Shown piece after piece: positions 40,501-51,759 of a stretch of DNA of 64,000 nucleotides. The notes under the pieces were generated by a model that did not search any database, was not told the origin of the DNA, and saw only the letters and a program-made list of their open reading frames with translations. Source of the DNA: Balanoglossus misakiensis (taxonomy: Eukaryota > Animalia > Hemichordata). Made by a program: the position numbers and the translations under genes. Numbering within the stretch: position 1 is the first letter of the stretch; each line of letters begins with the position of its first letter. The DNA lies in contig CM082587.2 of assembly GCA_040954595.2 (NCBI GenBank), positions 5,692,206-5,756,205 of the forward strand. The letters run 5' to 3'.

Positions 40501-41505
40501 AATAAAAATATACTAAAATGATTGATATAATATGACGTGCCTTTTCACATGTTTATCTTGCCTTTGTGGTTGTTTTGAGTTGAAGTATTTCTTGGGATAA
40601 AAGACAACATGATTTTTGTGTAAATTTGTATCGCAGGATGTGAAAAACTGGTCTTATGTGTATTTGATAAAAAACGTATTATTTCCTGAATTGTGTGCAT
40701 GTTTTGTTAATTTTATTTTTGTCTAACATTACCAATATTGTATTCAGATTTGCAACCAGAACCTTGCATAACTACTTCTACAGGCTTTGAACATGTCATT
40801 ACGAGCAGTATTCTGTGGTTTTTTAATGAGCTCTCCTTCTTATGCTGACAAAGTGGAACAGCCTCATTGCATGGATCAATCCATTCTGTAAAGCCGGGGG
40901 GGGGGGGGGGGGATGCGATGACAGCCTAGTTGTGTGCATTTTGAACTGCAGATAATTCCAGCAAGTTTTTATTTTTATGTGTGAGCACTTTTCATCAGCG
41001 AATTACACAAACAGTACTATCAAAAATTATGTGTTTTCAACCAACACTTGGACGATTTTTTTTTAAATTCACAGATGACCTAACTTGATTTGGTAATAAT
41101 TTCAGTTTGTAAATATTCCTCATGGGAACTTTATTTTATTATATTTTTACGGACAATCACACTCCGAAATAAGTGGGACGTAATTTGGATATTGGAAAGT
41201 GCCTTAACAAAGTATTATGCATTTTAAGGAGTCTTAGTCAATTTCCATTCACCTAGGGAGTACTGACCCCTATCTTGTCTTCTTTGGGCATATGACTCCT
41301 TAGGGTTGTAAATTTTGTTGCTATTTTGATTTTTTTTATTCCAAGAAAGCAAGTGACAGTAATAATTGCAAGAGTAAGAGGTTTGAATGGTAATTGAAAA
41401 GCCAAAAACAATAAGTACAAAATGTATTTTGAAGAGTGTAGCAGTTATTGTACATTCTGTATATGAATATGATATATAAAGATATTGGACATGAAAGATA
41501 ATAAA
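40501..41505 (+). terminator. Two candidate AKNA poly(A) signals
   Basis: AATAAA at 40501-40506 and 41500-41505, each followed by U/GU-rich sequence, after a long AT-rich 3'UTR-like stretch. Confidence 0.4.
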
Positions 41506-43782
41506 TACACGTATTTACTCAAATGCTTGTTATGTCTGGTTCTTGGTACAGTACTTCCACTGCGTGTTACTTATTTAATGATAATCTTATCAACCCTTAT
41601 TTCTCGTACTTTGCAAAACTCGGGTGGTAAATAAACCTTGGTAATCTTAAAATCCGTTCGTATTTCATTAAAGGGCCAATACATGTATCTGTAACGTTTG
41701 GCAAATGTCAGTATTGCGCCCTCTACAAAGTACTTGTGGAATGTGCAAGCGTAAGTTTAGAATAGTCCTACAAAAGGTCACGGAAGCCAGTTGACCTACC
41801 AATATTCATGTATACGTCAATGTAAACCCATTGAATCAGTCGTTCCGTGTTACGTTAGTTTGTAGATAGGATAACGTGGTTCAGTGTGGCCTTTGTAATC
41901 GGGCTTCCAGCAGATCTACACTGACGATTGATACGGTGACACGATAAAGCTCAAATTATCGTTTCAAGGTATGTAGGCTACACATATTGTTCACGATAGG
42001 CCAACCCGTTTGTTAATATAAACTTTTAAGTTGTGTTTCACGCGATGGGCTACCCAGCCTCATTAAATAACCAGGCGCGGCACAGACTGTGGTGTCACAG
42101 AGGACGAGGGTGTCTATGTAACCGTACGCCCATTCGTCGCATACTATTTTCTTCGCAGTGGCTTATGTTGTGTATTAGGGCTACACCACTGCTGATCAGC
42201 GTATGTTTTGCCTTGATCGATGGGTGTAACGTGACCCGCACGACGCGATTTCCGCAGCAAATAAGGTTATCTGTGAAAAAACGTCAAGGTGTGTGAGGAA
42301 AGATACTCGACATTGTTTGTAATACCACAAATTCCTCGCATGCACCCGTACTTGAAATCGCACCAGTACCGGTTCCTGTACAAGTATGCGAGTCAGTGGC
42401 TGTTTTATTTTATCCATAAAATCAGTCGACATTCTTATAGAAATCATATATCTACAAATGATATGTACATTAAAACATCGTATTTATGCTGTAAGGAACA
42501 TACATATACAGTATGTCGATCGAGCGTTGGCCGAGCGACTGAGGTGAAATTTGCCAGCGCTTTAATGTTACGCGACTACCCCACCCTTGAATGGAATTGC
42601 GGTGGTGTCAGTGGTCACTGGCCTCCATTTTTTGTTTATTAGATCACGAAGAAAGATCATGTGTTTATATTCAACCGGAGATGGTAGCCTTCTTTGTGGT
42701 GATTTATTCACGCCCTCTAATGTAAACTGCGTGTCTGAACCATTCCAAACATTTTAAACGCTCAGTATTTACAGGTTCATGGAAGTCTTGTGTACATGTA
42801 GTGTAATGACGTACGAAGTAACCTACATATCTACATACGTGACATGTATTTCAGGGCGCAAACTGTCGCTGTAATTTCCTGAGCGAAGGTCGTCGGGATG
42901 GTTTTGCCTCGTGTTACATGTGTGGATGGGTGTACGGCAAAAACACGCGTTACTTTGAATCTCTGGTAGCTATTAAACCATGGTCGTCTACGTCAATGAT
43001 TGGGGAATTTAGAGTCAAATAGTCTATTGTGATGGTGATAGTCGGAGATGAGCTCAGTATTTACTTACGCTAGAACGTTTAAATATGACAATCTCTTTTC
43101 GAAAGTATAACTCGTTTATTGAGAAATACTGCACGTCTGAACATCAAGAAAGAAGTTACTGACCCATGCTTTCAACGTCCAATGAAGAGTAAAAAATCAA
43201 GGTTCTGGGGTAAACGTTGATGCAGTTAATAGTAGGCCAACAACACATGAAAGCACAGCAGACGACATTTTTTTCTCACGACCAAACAAAAAGGACCAAA
43301 ACGCCGAAATCATGGCAAAGCCGTGCTATCTCATTTCTCCCGGAACCAGCTTCGATTTTTCAAGCACAGCGAATAAGCTCACCACTGCTCCGTAAAATAT
43401 TGACGGTTTCTAAAAACAATTCGAATGACCTTGCATTGTTGCATCGACAGTTATTCATAGACTGTTCATGTGTCACCACATTTGAATTTCAGTTCAGCAG
43501 GCCGCTGGAATCAAAGAGTTAAAGTTACGTCACATCACATCACCGATTGTATGAGCTCTTGCCTCCGGTAACGTTTCTGTCGCCGCCGCGTGTAGACCGC
43601 CTGCTCGGTGACCGAGGTCTTTTATGGATGGGGTCCTTTTGCTGCTTTGGTGCCGTTTGGGTCGCTTTGGCCCAGTTTTCAGACCGTCCAGGTTTCGAAA
43701 ACACCCGAATTCTTGTCTCGTGTTAAGTTGTTGAAACACCATAAAGTTGGCCCTGCTGGACATGCGTGGTGGTGGCGGCGGC

Positions 43783-43869
<87 letters not shown>
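43783..43869. repeat. (GAT)29 microsatellite
   Basis: Perfect trinucleotide run directly before the polypyrimidine tract and acceptor of the TRIM coding exon. Confidence 0.97.
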
Positions 43870-43872
<3 letters not shown>

Positions 43873-43912
43873 TTTCTTTTCTTTTCCTTCGAATTCCAGA
43901 TAGAATTCCAGG

Positions 43913-46294
43913 ATGTCGTCCAACCAAGCCGAGCTGTTAGAACAGCTACTGCAGTGTCCCGTATGCGAGAGGCCATTTCAAAGGCCCGTCATCCTCCCGT
44001 GCTTCCACCTCGCCTGCAGGGTGTGCGTCGCCGAGAGCCCGTTCTGTGTCATCTGCGACAAGGAGTTTGATCTGTCTGGCGCCGCCAAGGGGCTGCCCGG
44101 CGCGCACGTCATCGAACACTTGGTGCAGCGGGGAGGGAAGGCCACCGCCTCGCAGGTTTTCCGTCTGTGTCACGACTGTCAGGTCCCCGCCGTTCACTAC
44201 TGCGCCAGCTGCAGCCACTTCCTGTGCGACCGATGCAAGAGGCAGCACAAGAGGTTCACCACGAAAGTCCACGATATCAAATCGGTGGACGAGCACAGGC
44301 TGGAGATCAAAAATCAGATCCCGTGTCCCGCGCACCGGGACAGGCTCGTGGAGTTCGTCTGCAATGTGTGCAGGATACCCGTGTGTCCGGAGTGCACGGT
44401 CGAGGGCGCTGTCCACCAGTACCACGACTGCATAGATCTGTCGACGGGCATGGACGCGATGGTCCAGTCCGACAGCCAGGTGCTCGACGAGGCCGGCACG
44501 AGGGCGGCCGAAATGGACGGCAATTTGGAGTTCTTGCGGAACACCAAGCACGATCTGATGGAGAAAAAGGAGCTGGTTTCTGGCGACATTCGAAACCACG
44601 TGGACGAGTACCTCAAGGCGGTGTGGAACGCCGGCCAAAAACTGATATGCGAGGTCAGTCGGGACTTCGACGAAAGCATTTCCGTGGTGTCGGAGAAACT
44701 AGACAAGGGATACGAGATGCTGGCCGATTTAGAAGGCTTCTCGAATCTGGCGGACGGTTTGTACCAACCAGGAGACAGTGCGTCTCGATTCTTCCTCGCT
44801 CGGCAGTGCAACGAGCGCGTCAGAAAACTACTCCAGGAGAACTTCAAGGTGGCGGTCGACGAGATCAAAAGCGCCGACTTCGTCGCGAACAAGGAGGCGC
44901 TGGCGTCCATCTCCGAGATGCAGCTGGGGTCCATCCAGCACCAGCTGGTCCCCATCCCGAGGGGTTTGGAAGGTTCGTGGGAGGACATGCAGGACGAAGT
45001 GATGGAGTCTCTGCGAAAAACGAATGGCGAAAACAACAACGTTGCAGCTGACCCGACCAACTGCCGCGGGGAGCGAGACAGTCTCAGCGAAGCCAGCGAT
45101 AAGCAGAGCGGGGACGACTCGGCGAACTTGGAACAGAAAGCCGATAACGACAGCCAGTCCGCGTCCGCCATGAGCGAATCCGATGACAAGAGCGTCGTGT
45201 CGGAGGACAGCAGCACCAAGAATGAGCCGGACGGTCCGACTACTGGAACGGTAAACAACGACGATCGCCTGAGCACCCAGTCCGACGACAGCGAGAGGCA
45301 CCCCCCGCCGACCATCGCAGAGAGGCAGCTCAGTTCGCCCGACGAAGCACCGGAGAAAACCAGGCTGAAGTACAAACGCAAGGAAAACCACTACGATTAC
45401 TACGTCCCCGGTTCCAAAGAACGAAATATCGCCAAGCTGAAAATTCGGGAAAGCGCGGAGCTTGGCGCCGGCGACTCGTCGCAGTCGACGGTCAAATTTC
45501 AGGAACCGCACGGAATAGCCGTGTCTGCCAGCGGGACTGTCGCCGTGGCCGACACCCGCAACGGGGAGATAAAACTCTTCAACAGAGACAGGAGAGCCAC
45601 GGGGGCGTTCAAGATTCGGCGCAACGTGTTTCTGCCGGGGAAGTTCTCCCCGTTCGATCTGGCGTTCGTGGACGACGACCACCTGGTCGTAACCGACTGC
45701 GAGGACGACAGCGTGGTGGTGTGTAACCTGCACGGGAAAGTGACCAAGCGGGTCGAGGACACGGCGCTGCGGAAACCGAAGGGCGTGGCGGTAGACAGCG
45801 AGGGGAGGATTCTAGTCGTCGACTCCCACAATCAGCTGGTCCGGGTCTACTGCCTCGAAACGTGTCAGAGGCTGCTCAGCTTCGGGTCGGGCGACGAGAA
45901 CTCGGAAGGCCAATTGGCCGAGCCGTGGTTCATCGCCGTGGACGGCGCCAACAACGTCCTGGTCAGCGACTGCAGCAAGTCGTGCCTGCAGGTGTTCGAC
46001 CAGGACGGCTACTTCCTCCATCGGTCGTACATCAAGATGGGCGGCCAGGGCCAGCTGCAGCAGCGCATCAGCCCCTGCGGCCTGCACTGCGACCGCCACG
46101 GCAACGTGTACGTCACTCGCTATGATTCCGGAGGGGTGTACGCGTTCGATGCCGACAAGCGCTACATGTTCGAGTTCGGCGAGAGCTGGCAGTGCTACTT
46201 CGCCGTCGCCGTGGACGGCAACGAACCGTGGTGCGCATACGTGACGGACAAAATCGGACACTCTGTATTTGTCTTCGAGTTGGCTGATGACTAA
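43913..46294 (+). CDS. TRIM-NHL E3 ubiquitin ligase (RING, two B-boxes, coiled coil, acidic linker, NHL repeats), single coding exon, 793 aa
   Basis: RING CPVC...LPCFHLACRVC...CVIC; B-box1 CHDC...YCASCSHFLCDRCKRQH...H; B-box2 CPAH...VCNVCRIPVCPEC...HQYH; NHL repeats FQEPHGIAVSASGTVAVAD, LRKPKGVAVDSEGRILVVD, LAEPWFIAVDGANNVLVSD and ISPCGLHCDRHGNVYV. Confidence 0.92.
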   Translation: MSSNQAELLEQLLQCPVCERPFQRPVILPCFHLACRVCVAESPFCVICDKEFDLSGAAKGLPGAHVIEHLVQRGGKATASQVFRLCHDCQVPAVHYCASCSHFLCDRCKRQHKRFTTKVHDIKSVDEHRLEIKNQIPCPAHRDRLVEFVCNVCRIPVCPECTVEGAVHQYHDCIDLSTGMDAMVQSDSQVLDEAGTRAAEMDGNLEFLRNTKHDLMEKKELVSGDIRNHVDEYLKAVWNAGQKLICEVSRDFDESISVVSEKLDKGYEMLADLEGFSNLADGLYQPGDSASRFFLARQCNERVRKLLQENFKVAVDEIKSADFVANKEALASISEMQLGSIQHQLVPIPRGLEGSWEDMQDEVMESLRKTNGENNNVAADPTNCRGERDSLSEASDKQSGDDSANLEQKADNDSQSASAMSESDDKSVVSEDSSTKNEPDGPTTGTVNNDDRLSTQSDDSERHPPPTIAERQLSSPDEAPEKTRLKYKRKENHYDYYVPGSKERNIAKLKIRESAELGAGDSSQSTVKFQEPHGIAVSASGTVAVADTRNGEIKLFNRDRRATGAFKIRRNVFLPGKFSPFDLAFVDDDHLVVTDCEDDSVVVCNLHGKVTKRVEDTALRKPKGVAVDSEGRILVVDSHNQLVRVYCLETCQRLLSFGSGDENSEGQLAEPWFIAVDGANNVLVSDCSKSCLQVFDQDGYFLHRSYIKMGGQGQLQQRISPCGLHCDRHGNVYVTRYDSGGVYAFDADKRYMFEFGESWQCYFAVAVDGNEPWCAYVTDKIGHSVFVFELADD

Positions 46295-46897
46295 AACGTC
46301 CGGGAAAATTCGATCGGGACTCAAAAACACAATTCTAGCTGTCGTAAAGTAACTGTGATGCACATACACGTGATTTTCATGCAACAGGCCTAAATAACGT
46401 TTGGACTCGAATCAAAGAAGAACTGCTGTAGTGCTATCAAACGACATGATTTGAAATCCATATTAATATCCCATTAGACTCCGAGTCGTCGGAGATACTA
46501 ACATCATATCTCGATATTTTGATAATTGATTTAACACGAAAACGTAAATTTATTTCTATTTATACACACTCAGCTATCTCACATACCCGTTGTTATCATT
46601 ATTGTTTAGTTATTATTATTATCATCAACGTCATTATTATTATTATATTATTATTTTTATTTTATCACCATCAACATACCCTGAAGTCTGTCTCAAGAGA
46701 TTTACATTAGAGGCATAACTAAAGTTTATCACGTTTATTCTAAAACAATAAAATGACAATGAAATATCACTTTCTAATGCGCAATAATTTCTTAACGGGA
46801 AGCCGTTTTTCATGCTTTTATTGGAACGAATACTCGATACAAGAAAACAGCTGCTGTAATTTTGTATTTGTCGTATCGTTGCTTTTATAAACAATGG

Positions 46898-46935
46898 TTA
46901 TTAATAAAGTACAAGTTTATTAATAAAGTACAAGT
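46898..46935 (+). repeat. 19-bp tandem duplication containing AATAAA (candidate TRIM poly(A) signal)
   Basis: ttattaataaagtacaagt twice, about 600 bp after the TRIM stop codon. Confidence 0.7.
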
Positions 46936-47161
46936 AACATCTGGACTGGACTACTTGGGACCACTGTACATCAATGACACTTCTGGTGTGAGTTAAGAAA
47001 GTCTGGGTATGTCTCCTCACATGTCTAGCTGCAGTAGGCTAAGAGCAATCCACTCGGAGCTGATAAGAGACATGTCAACTGAACAATTTCTTCTGTTTCT
47101 GTGCCTAGACGATTCATCGCTCAACACCAAAATACATAAGGTCAGACTGCTCCACAGTTCT

Positions 47162-47218
47162 TGTATCAAACATAATTCATGGAAAAGGGGCAGCGAGAGA
47201 GAGACTTTGTCCCTTTAA
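47162..47218. mobile_element. Terminal fragment of the Kolobok-like MITE family
   Basis: tgtatcaaacataattcatggaaaaggggcagcgagagagagactttgtccctttaa matches the TIR of 23095-23650. Confidence 0.75.
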
Positions 47219-48007
47219 AAATTGCTGACAAAACATTTTCCTTTCCGTAAACTAACAGTGCTCTGCCACTACAGTGATTTTTTTTTCTGATAATCTGCCA
47301 GACACACAGGTAGTGTATCTTGACTTGAAAACCACATTTTTGCACCCCTTCCGATTTGGATGCACAGCACCATTCGTGACCTCTGACCGGAGCAGGCACA
47401 CTCTCTTTGTATGCGGCAGCGCAGTGTGACCCGAGATAACCCCCGAGGTCACTAGCAAAACCTGTGCGCATGATACATACGATATCACGCCACAGTCTCT
47501 CTCACTGAAGAGAGCAGAACATTTGCTGTTGTGGGTGAACAACCCCTGGAACGCTTGTAAACGGTTGTTCTGGTGAGCTAGATTCGAGTGATCAGACCGT
47601 CATCGCGTCACTGTAACTGAAATCAGCATCTGAAATCACACTGAATCTGAAATCAACATCAACGGCGTATACCGGTGACCTAGATTTGAAGGTCTGTGCT
47701 GTTAGTGTTACGTCGAACGACCACAGGTCATATGAATCCTACGAGTGTGTCGACCATCTTTCAGGTGGCAATATACTTATGATTGGCAGTTTGTTGGATT
47801 AATTTTTCGCCGACTTCTGTGGACTTGCAGTAGCCTATTGCCAAGCTTTGGGTCTCCGAGGTCACAGACTAGTTTGACAATAACATCTACACACCCACTC
47901 TTTCTCGTTGGACGAGTGTCGTATCGTGGCGCAGTCTTTAATAGAAAGCTGACTGGGGTTGTAAATTCATCTCGGTATCCAAATTCAACGACAAACCCTG
48001 CAGATCT

Positions 48008-51000
48008 ATGATGGCGTCTCCGAAGAAACGCATTGCCGTCATCGGAGCTGGGGTTTCCGGACTGGCCGCCATTAAAGCCTGCATTGAGGAATGTCTGGAG
48101 CCTGTTTGCTTTGAAAGACACGACCAGTTAGGTATGGTTATTTATGGAACAAGCCTTGAACAATCACGTCAACTGTAGACACGAACCGCGGTGTGGGTCG
48201 TGGATCTCGCCCCATGGCTCATGAATTATCTATCGATTAAATATCTATTTGACCAATCACATCCAGGCATGCAAGAAATTGGCAACACACGTGGGCCTAC
48301 GCGTTGTCAATAGCAAAGAAAATAGAAATGTGGCTTCTATAGATCTACAAACACATGTTCACTAACTACAATTCCATCTATGCTATACTATACTCTTACT
48401 TTGTTTGGCAGGTGGTCTGTGGTATTACACTGATGAACTGAGACCAGGACAAGTTGCTTCCACGTACCGGTCCGTCATCACCAACCAGTCCAAGGAGATG
48501 TTGGCCTTCTCCGACTTCCCACTACCGAAAGAAACCCCCGTATTTCCATCTCGAGAGAGGGTTCACCAGTACATCCGCGACTACGCCGATCACTTCGGAC
48601 TCCACGAGTACGTCCGTTACAACACCGACGTCTGCAGTATAGACAGAGCCAAGGATTATGCCACGACCGGCAGGTGGGAAGTTCGTTATCGGGGAGGCGG
48701 ACAGGGAGACCGGCGGTCCGAAGTGTTCGACGGCGTCATGGTGTGTTCCGGCGGGTTTGGTGACACCTACATACCCGAGATACCCGGACGCGAGGATTTC
48801 GAGGGGCGCACTATTCACTCGAATGTCTATCGAGAGCCAGGCCCCTTCACTGGGAGACGTGTTATCGTCGTTGGTAAGTGTAAATTTGGACAACAGGATG
48901 AATGTTCAGTAGTGACTGATGAGTTATTCAAGTAGCCCCCACCCCCCTACTTTACTCTACCAGTCATGGCTTTCCATAGTGAAGGCTATAAATACTGATT
49001 ACTAACCTGGTAGATGCTACGGTGTCTTTTCTGGGCCACAGAGATTGAGGCTGGGATGAGTCGTACGTCAGTCCGTGTTGTTCTGATGCATGGTCGTGGG
49101 GAAAACGTGGGCGAACCAGTCGCACATGCGCAGGGCATTACGTAGTGCATTACGTCAGAAACGTCCCACCACGCCACCAACGACCAGAAGCCCACAAATT
49201 ACTAATATTACTAACGGAGTCGTATTGTACCACAGTTTGTTTCGGAAACACTCTAACAATGCTGTTGGATTGCATGTGATGAATGGCAGTTTATGCCCTT
49301 ATGATATTCCATACTGAACGACCGGAATGTTTTACACGTGTCTTTCAGGGGCGTCTCATACGGCGGGAGAGGTATCATGCGAACTTGGACGCAATTACTG
49401 CGAAAAGGTAATGGCTATGCTGTGTGTGTACTGACCGGTAGTCGTACGCAAATATTACCTCGAGTTAGAACGACGCAAAATAATAAATATGAATAAAGTT
49501 AACCTACTTGTACATTTAGGGGATTTTCTTTCGGTGAAAGGATTATTGTTTGTTTGCACAGGTGTACCTAAGCATTCGCAATGGAACCAACGTCTCTCCA
49601 CGTATGACGAAACAAGGCCTACCTGTTTGCATGACCGCGTTCAAAAGGGCTCACTTAACCTTCCTGTCTGGCGTTCGCCGAAGACTTATGGAGGAGCACA
49701 GGAAATCTCGCGTCCCAGACTATCATTGGTTCGGATTAGCTGTAAGTGTAATACTCAGCTTTCACTCGTTCGACATTATTGCCAGGAGACGGTGATAGGA
49801 TATCAAGCAAAATCTCGAACATTGTTGGCCTAACTCATCTGACTAAATGTTTCTCAATATTTGTAACATATAATGCCCGGAGACCGCCAGATTTTATCGA
49901 CTGAACGTTAGCCATCCCAGTTTTGCAGACAGCTCACGCAAGCGCCATAATTCGTATTCATTTTAGGCACAGACTTCCGGACAAGGGGTTAGCGGTATGA
50001 GCAACGACGAGATTCAAGACAGCATAACCTCTGGTCAAGTAACTGTCATACCCGAAATCGTACGATTTACAAAAACTGGAGTGGTTTTGTCCGATGGAAG
50101 TTGTATCGAAGGCGTCGATGATGTAATATTTGCGACCGGCTTCGTGATCAGCTATAAAATGTTGAACGAGTCAATTATATTCGGTAAGTAGTCTTGGCCC
50201 TTGGACACAGACTACGGTCTAATCACCCCGGCCCGTTTCTTTTCCATAAATTCGATTTGTATGGCCATTCAAATTCGTTCATGCTAGCAATATTTCAACC
50301 AACCAATCGCTCGCTTCATGTTTCAACCGTTTCCATACAGATGCCGATGGCTCCGGTTTCTTGAAACTCTACAAGTACATACTGCCGGCGGGTTTAGAAC
50401 AACCGACTCTAACTGTCGTCGGAGTGTTGGAAACGCTAATTCCCACGACGTTCAATACGTTGGAGATGCAGTCCCGTTGGTCAGCACGGCTGCTCAGCGG
50501 CAAAATGAGCGCCCCAAGCAAACAGCAAATGCTGAAGGACATCCGACGAAGACCGCTCATAGATAGGCACTATCAGGTGGTAAGTGCAGTAGTACTTTTG
50601 GTACCCAAGCCAGCGATTGTAGAACTGTACAGTAACTCGGGATACAGGTGAAGGAGATGAAGTATCGTTCTACGATTCTCTCGTGTTCAGGATGCTTCGT
50701 AATGGGAGACACACTCAAGACGTTTTGTTTTCTTTTGTTTTGTTAACTTTTGTTTTGTTTGCCACTTCAAAATTTTCCGTAACAATTTTTACATGTTAAT
50801 TTTGTACGCTGTTTTCTCTCTAATCTGTTTACGTATACTGTCTCATGTTGTACTTGTGTATGCCTTCACAGATCGTCGGCACACTTTATCAGGATGAGTT
50901 GGCCAGGGACATCGGTGTTCTGCCAAGCATCTGGGGGCTGCTGTTCAGAGATCCCAAACTGGCGTACGCCTTCTACTTCGAACCGCCCGTGGGCGCGTGG

Positions 51001-51210
51001 TACCGCCTGCAAGGGACGGGCAGCTGGGGCGGGGCGCGGAGTGCCATCTTCAGCGTGTGGGAGAACACGCTCTATGCGATGAATCCGCGGCGAAGAAACG
51101 TGAGAAAAGTCGTGGGACGGAAGAAGGGCTTCTTGTGGTCTGCAATTTTGGGCGTGGGTCTAGTGGTGGCTCTGTATACGCAACGGCGTCATTTCAGTTG
51201 CAAGCACTGA
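48008..51210 (+). CDS. Flavin-containing monooxygenase (FMO family, membrane-anchored type), about 539 aa in 7 exons
   Basis: Exons 48008-48131, 48412-48873, 49349-49407, 49562-49741, 49967-50183, 50341-50579, 50872-51210. FAD motif [35 protein letters not shown] fingerprint [32 protein letters not shown] and a C-terminal hydrophobic anchor [16 protein letters not shown]. Confidence 0.92.
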
Positions 51211-51759
51211 GCACGAACTAGCCGTTGGAAAAAGCGCTATTCGTGCGTGATAGACACACCGTACAGCATACGACCGAACCAAGACTGTCACCAGAATGAA
51301 AAAAAATGAAAAATGCATGTATTGCCCAAAACCAATCACTATTCTCTTTACTCTTTACTTATCATGTGTTCTAAACGAGATGAGATAATCACCATTAAAA
51401 TTGCAACCACTTTTACATTATGATATAAATGTCTAGGTGTCATGTTATAGCGCTTATATTTAGCAAGGCCAATATGCACGTACGTAGGCCCTAGCCTCGC
51501 TTTGATACAGCATCGGGGAGGGGGGGGAGTGGTCTCCTGTTTCATAAGTCAGGTCCATGACATATGTACCGACATCTGTGATTGGTAGATCTGGTAATCT
51601 TAGGTCCACTTGCGGCACGCTGATTGGAGGGACATTATGTGTTAGTGAACACTGGATGACCAGACCTACACATTAACCAATCGGGGAGCTGTAAAGTGAA
51701 TAATGCATAGTAATAAGACCTAACCTACAAGGTCTGGTGAATAATACATAGTAATAATA

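Noticed and set aside
43530-44070. Poly-Ser, poly-His, poly-Ile and poly-Asp ORFs
   Set aside because: All are translations of the (GAT)29 microsatellite.
43946-46384. Overlapping ORFs of 190-355 aa within the TRIM gene
   Set aside because: Expected stop-codon depletion in alternative frames of GC-rich coding DNA; no motifs.
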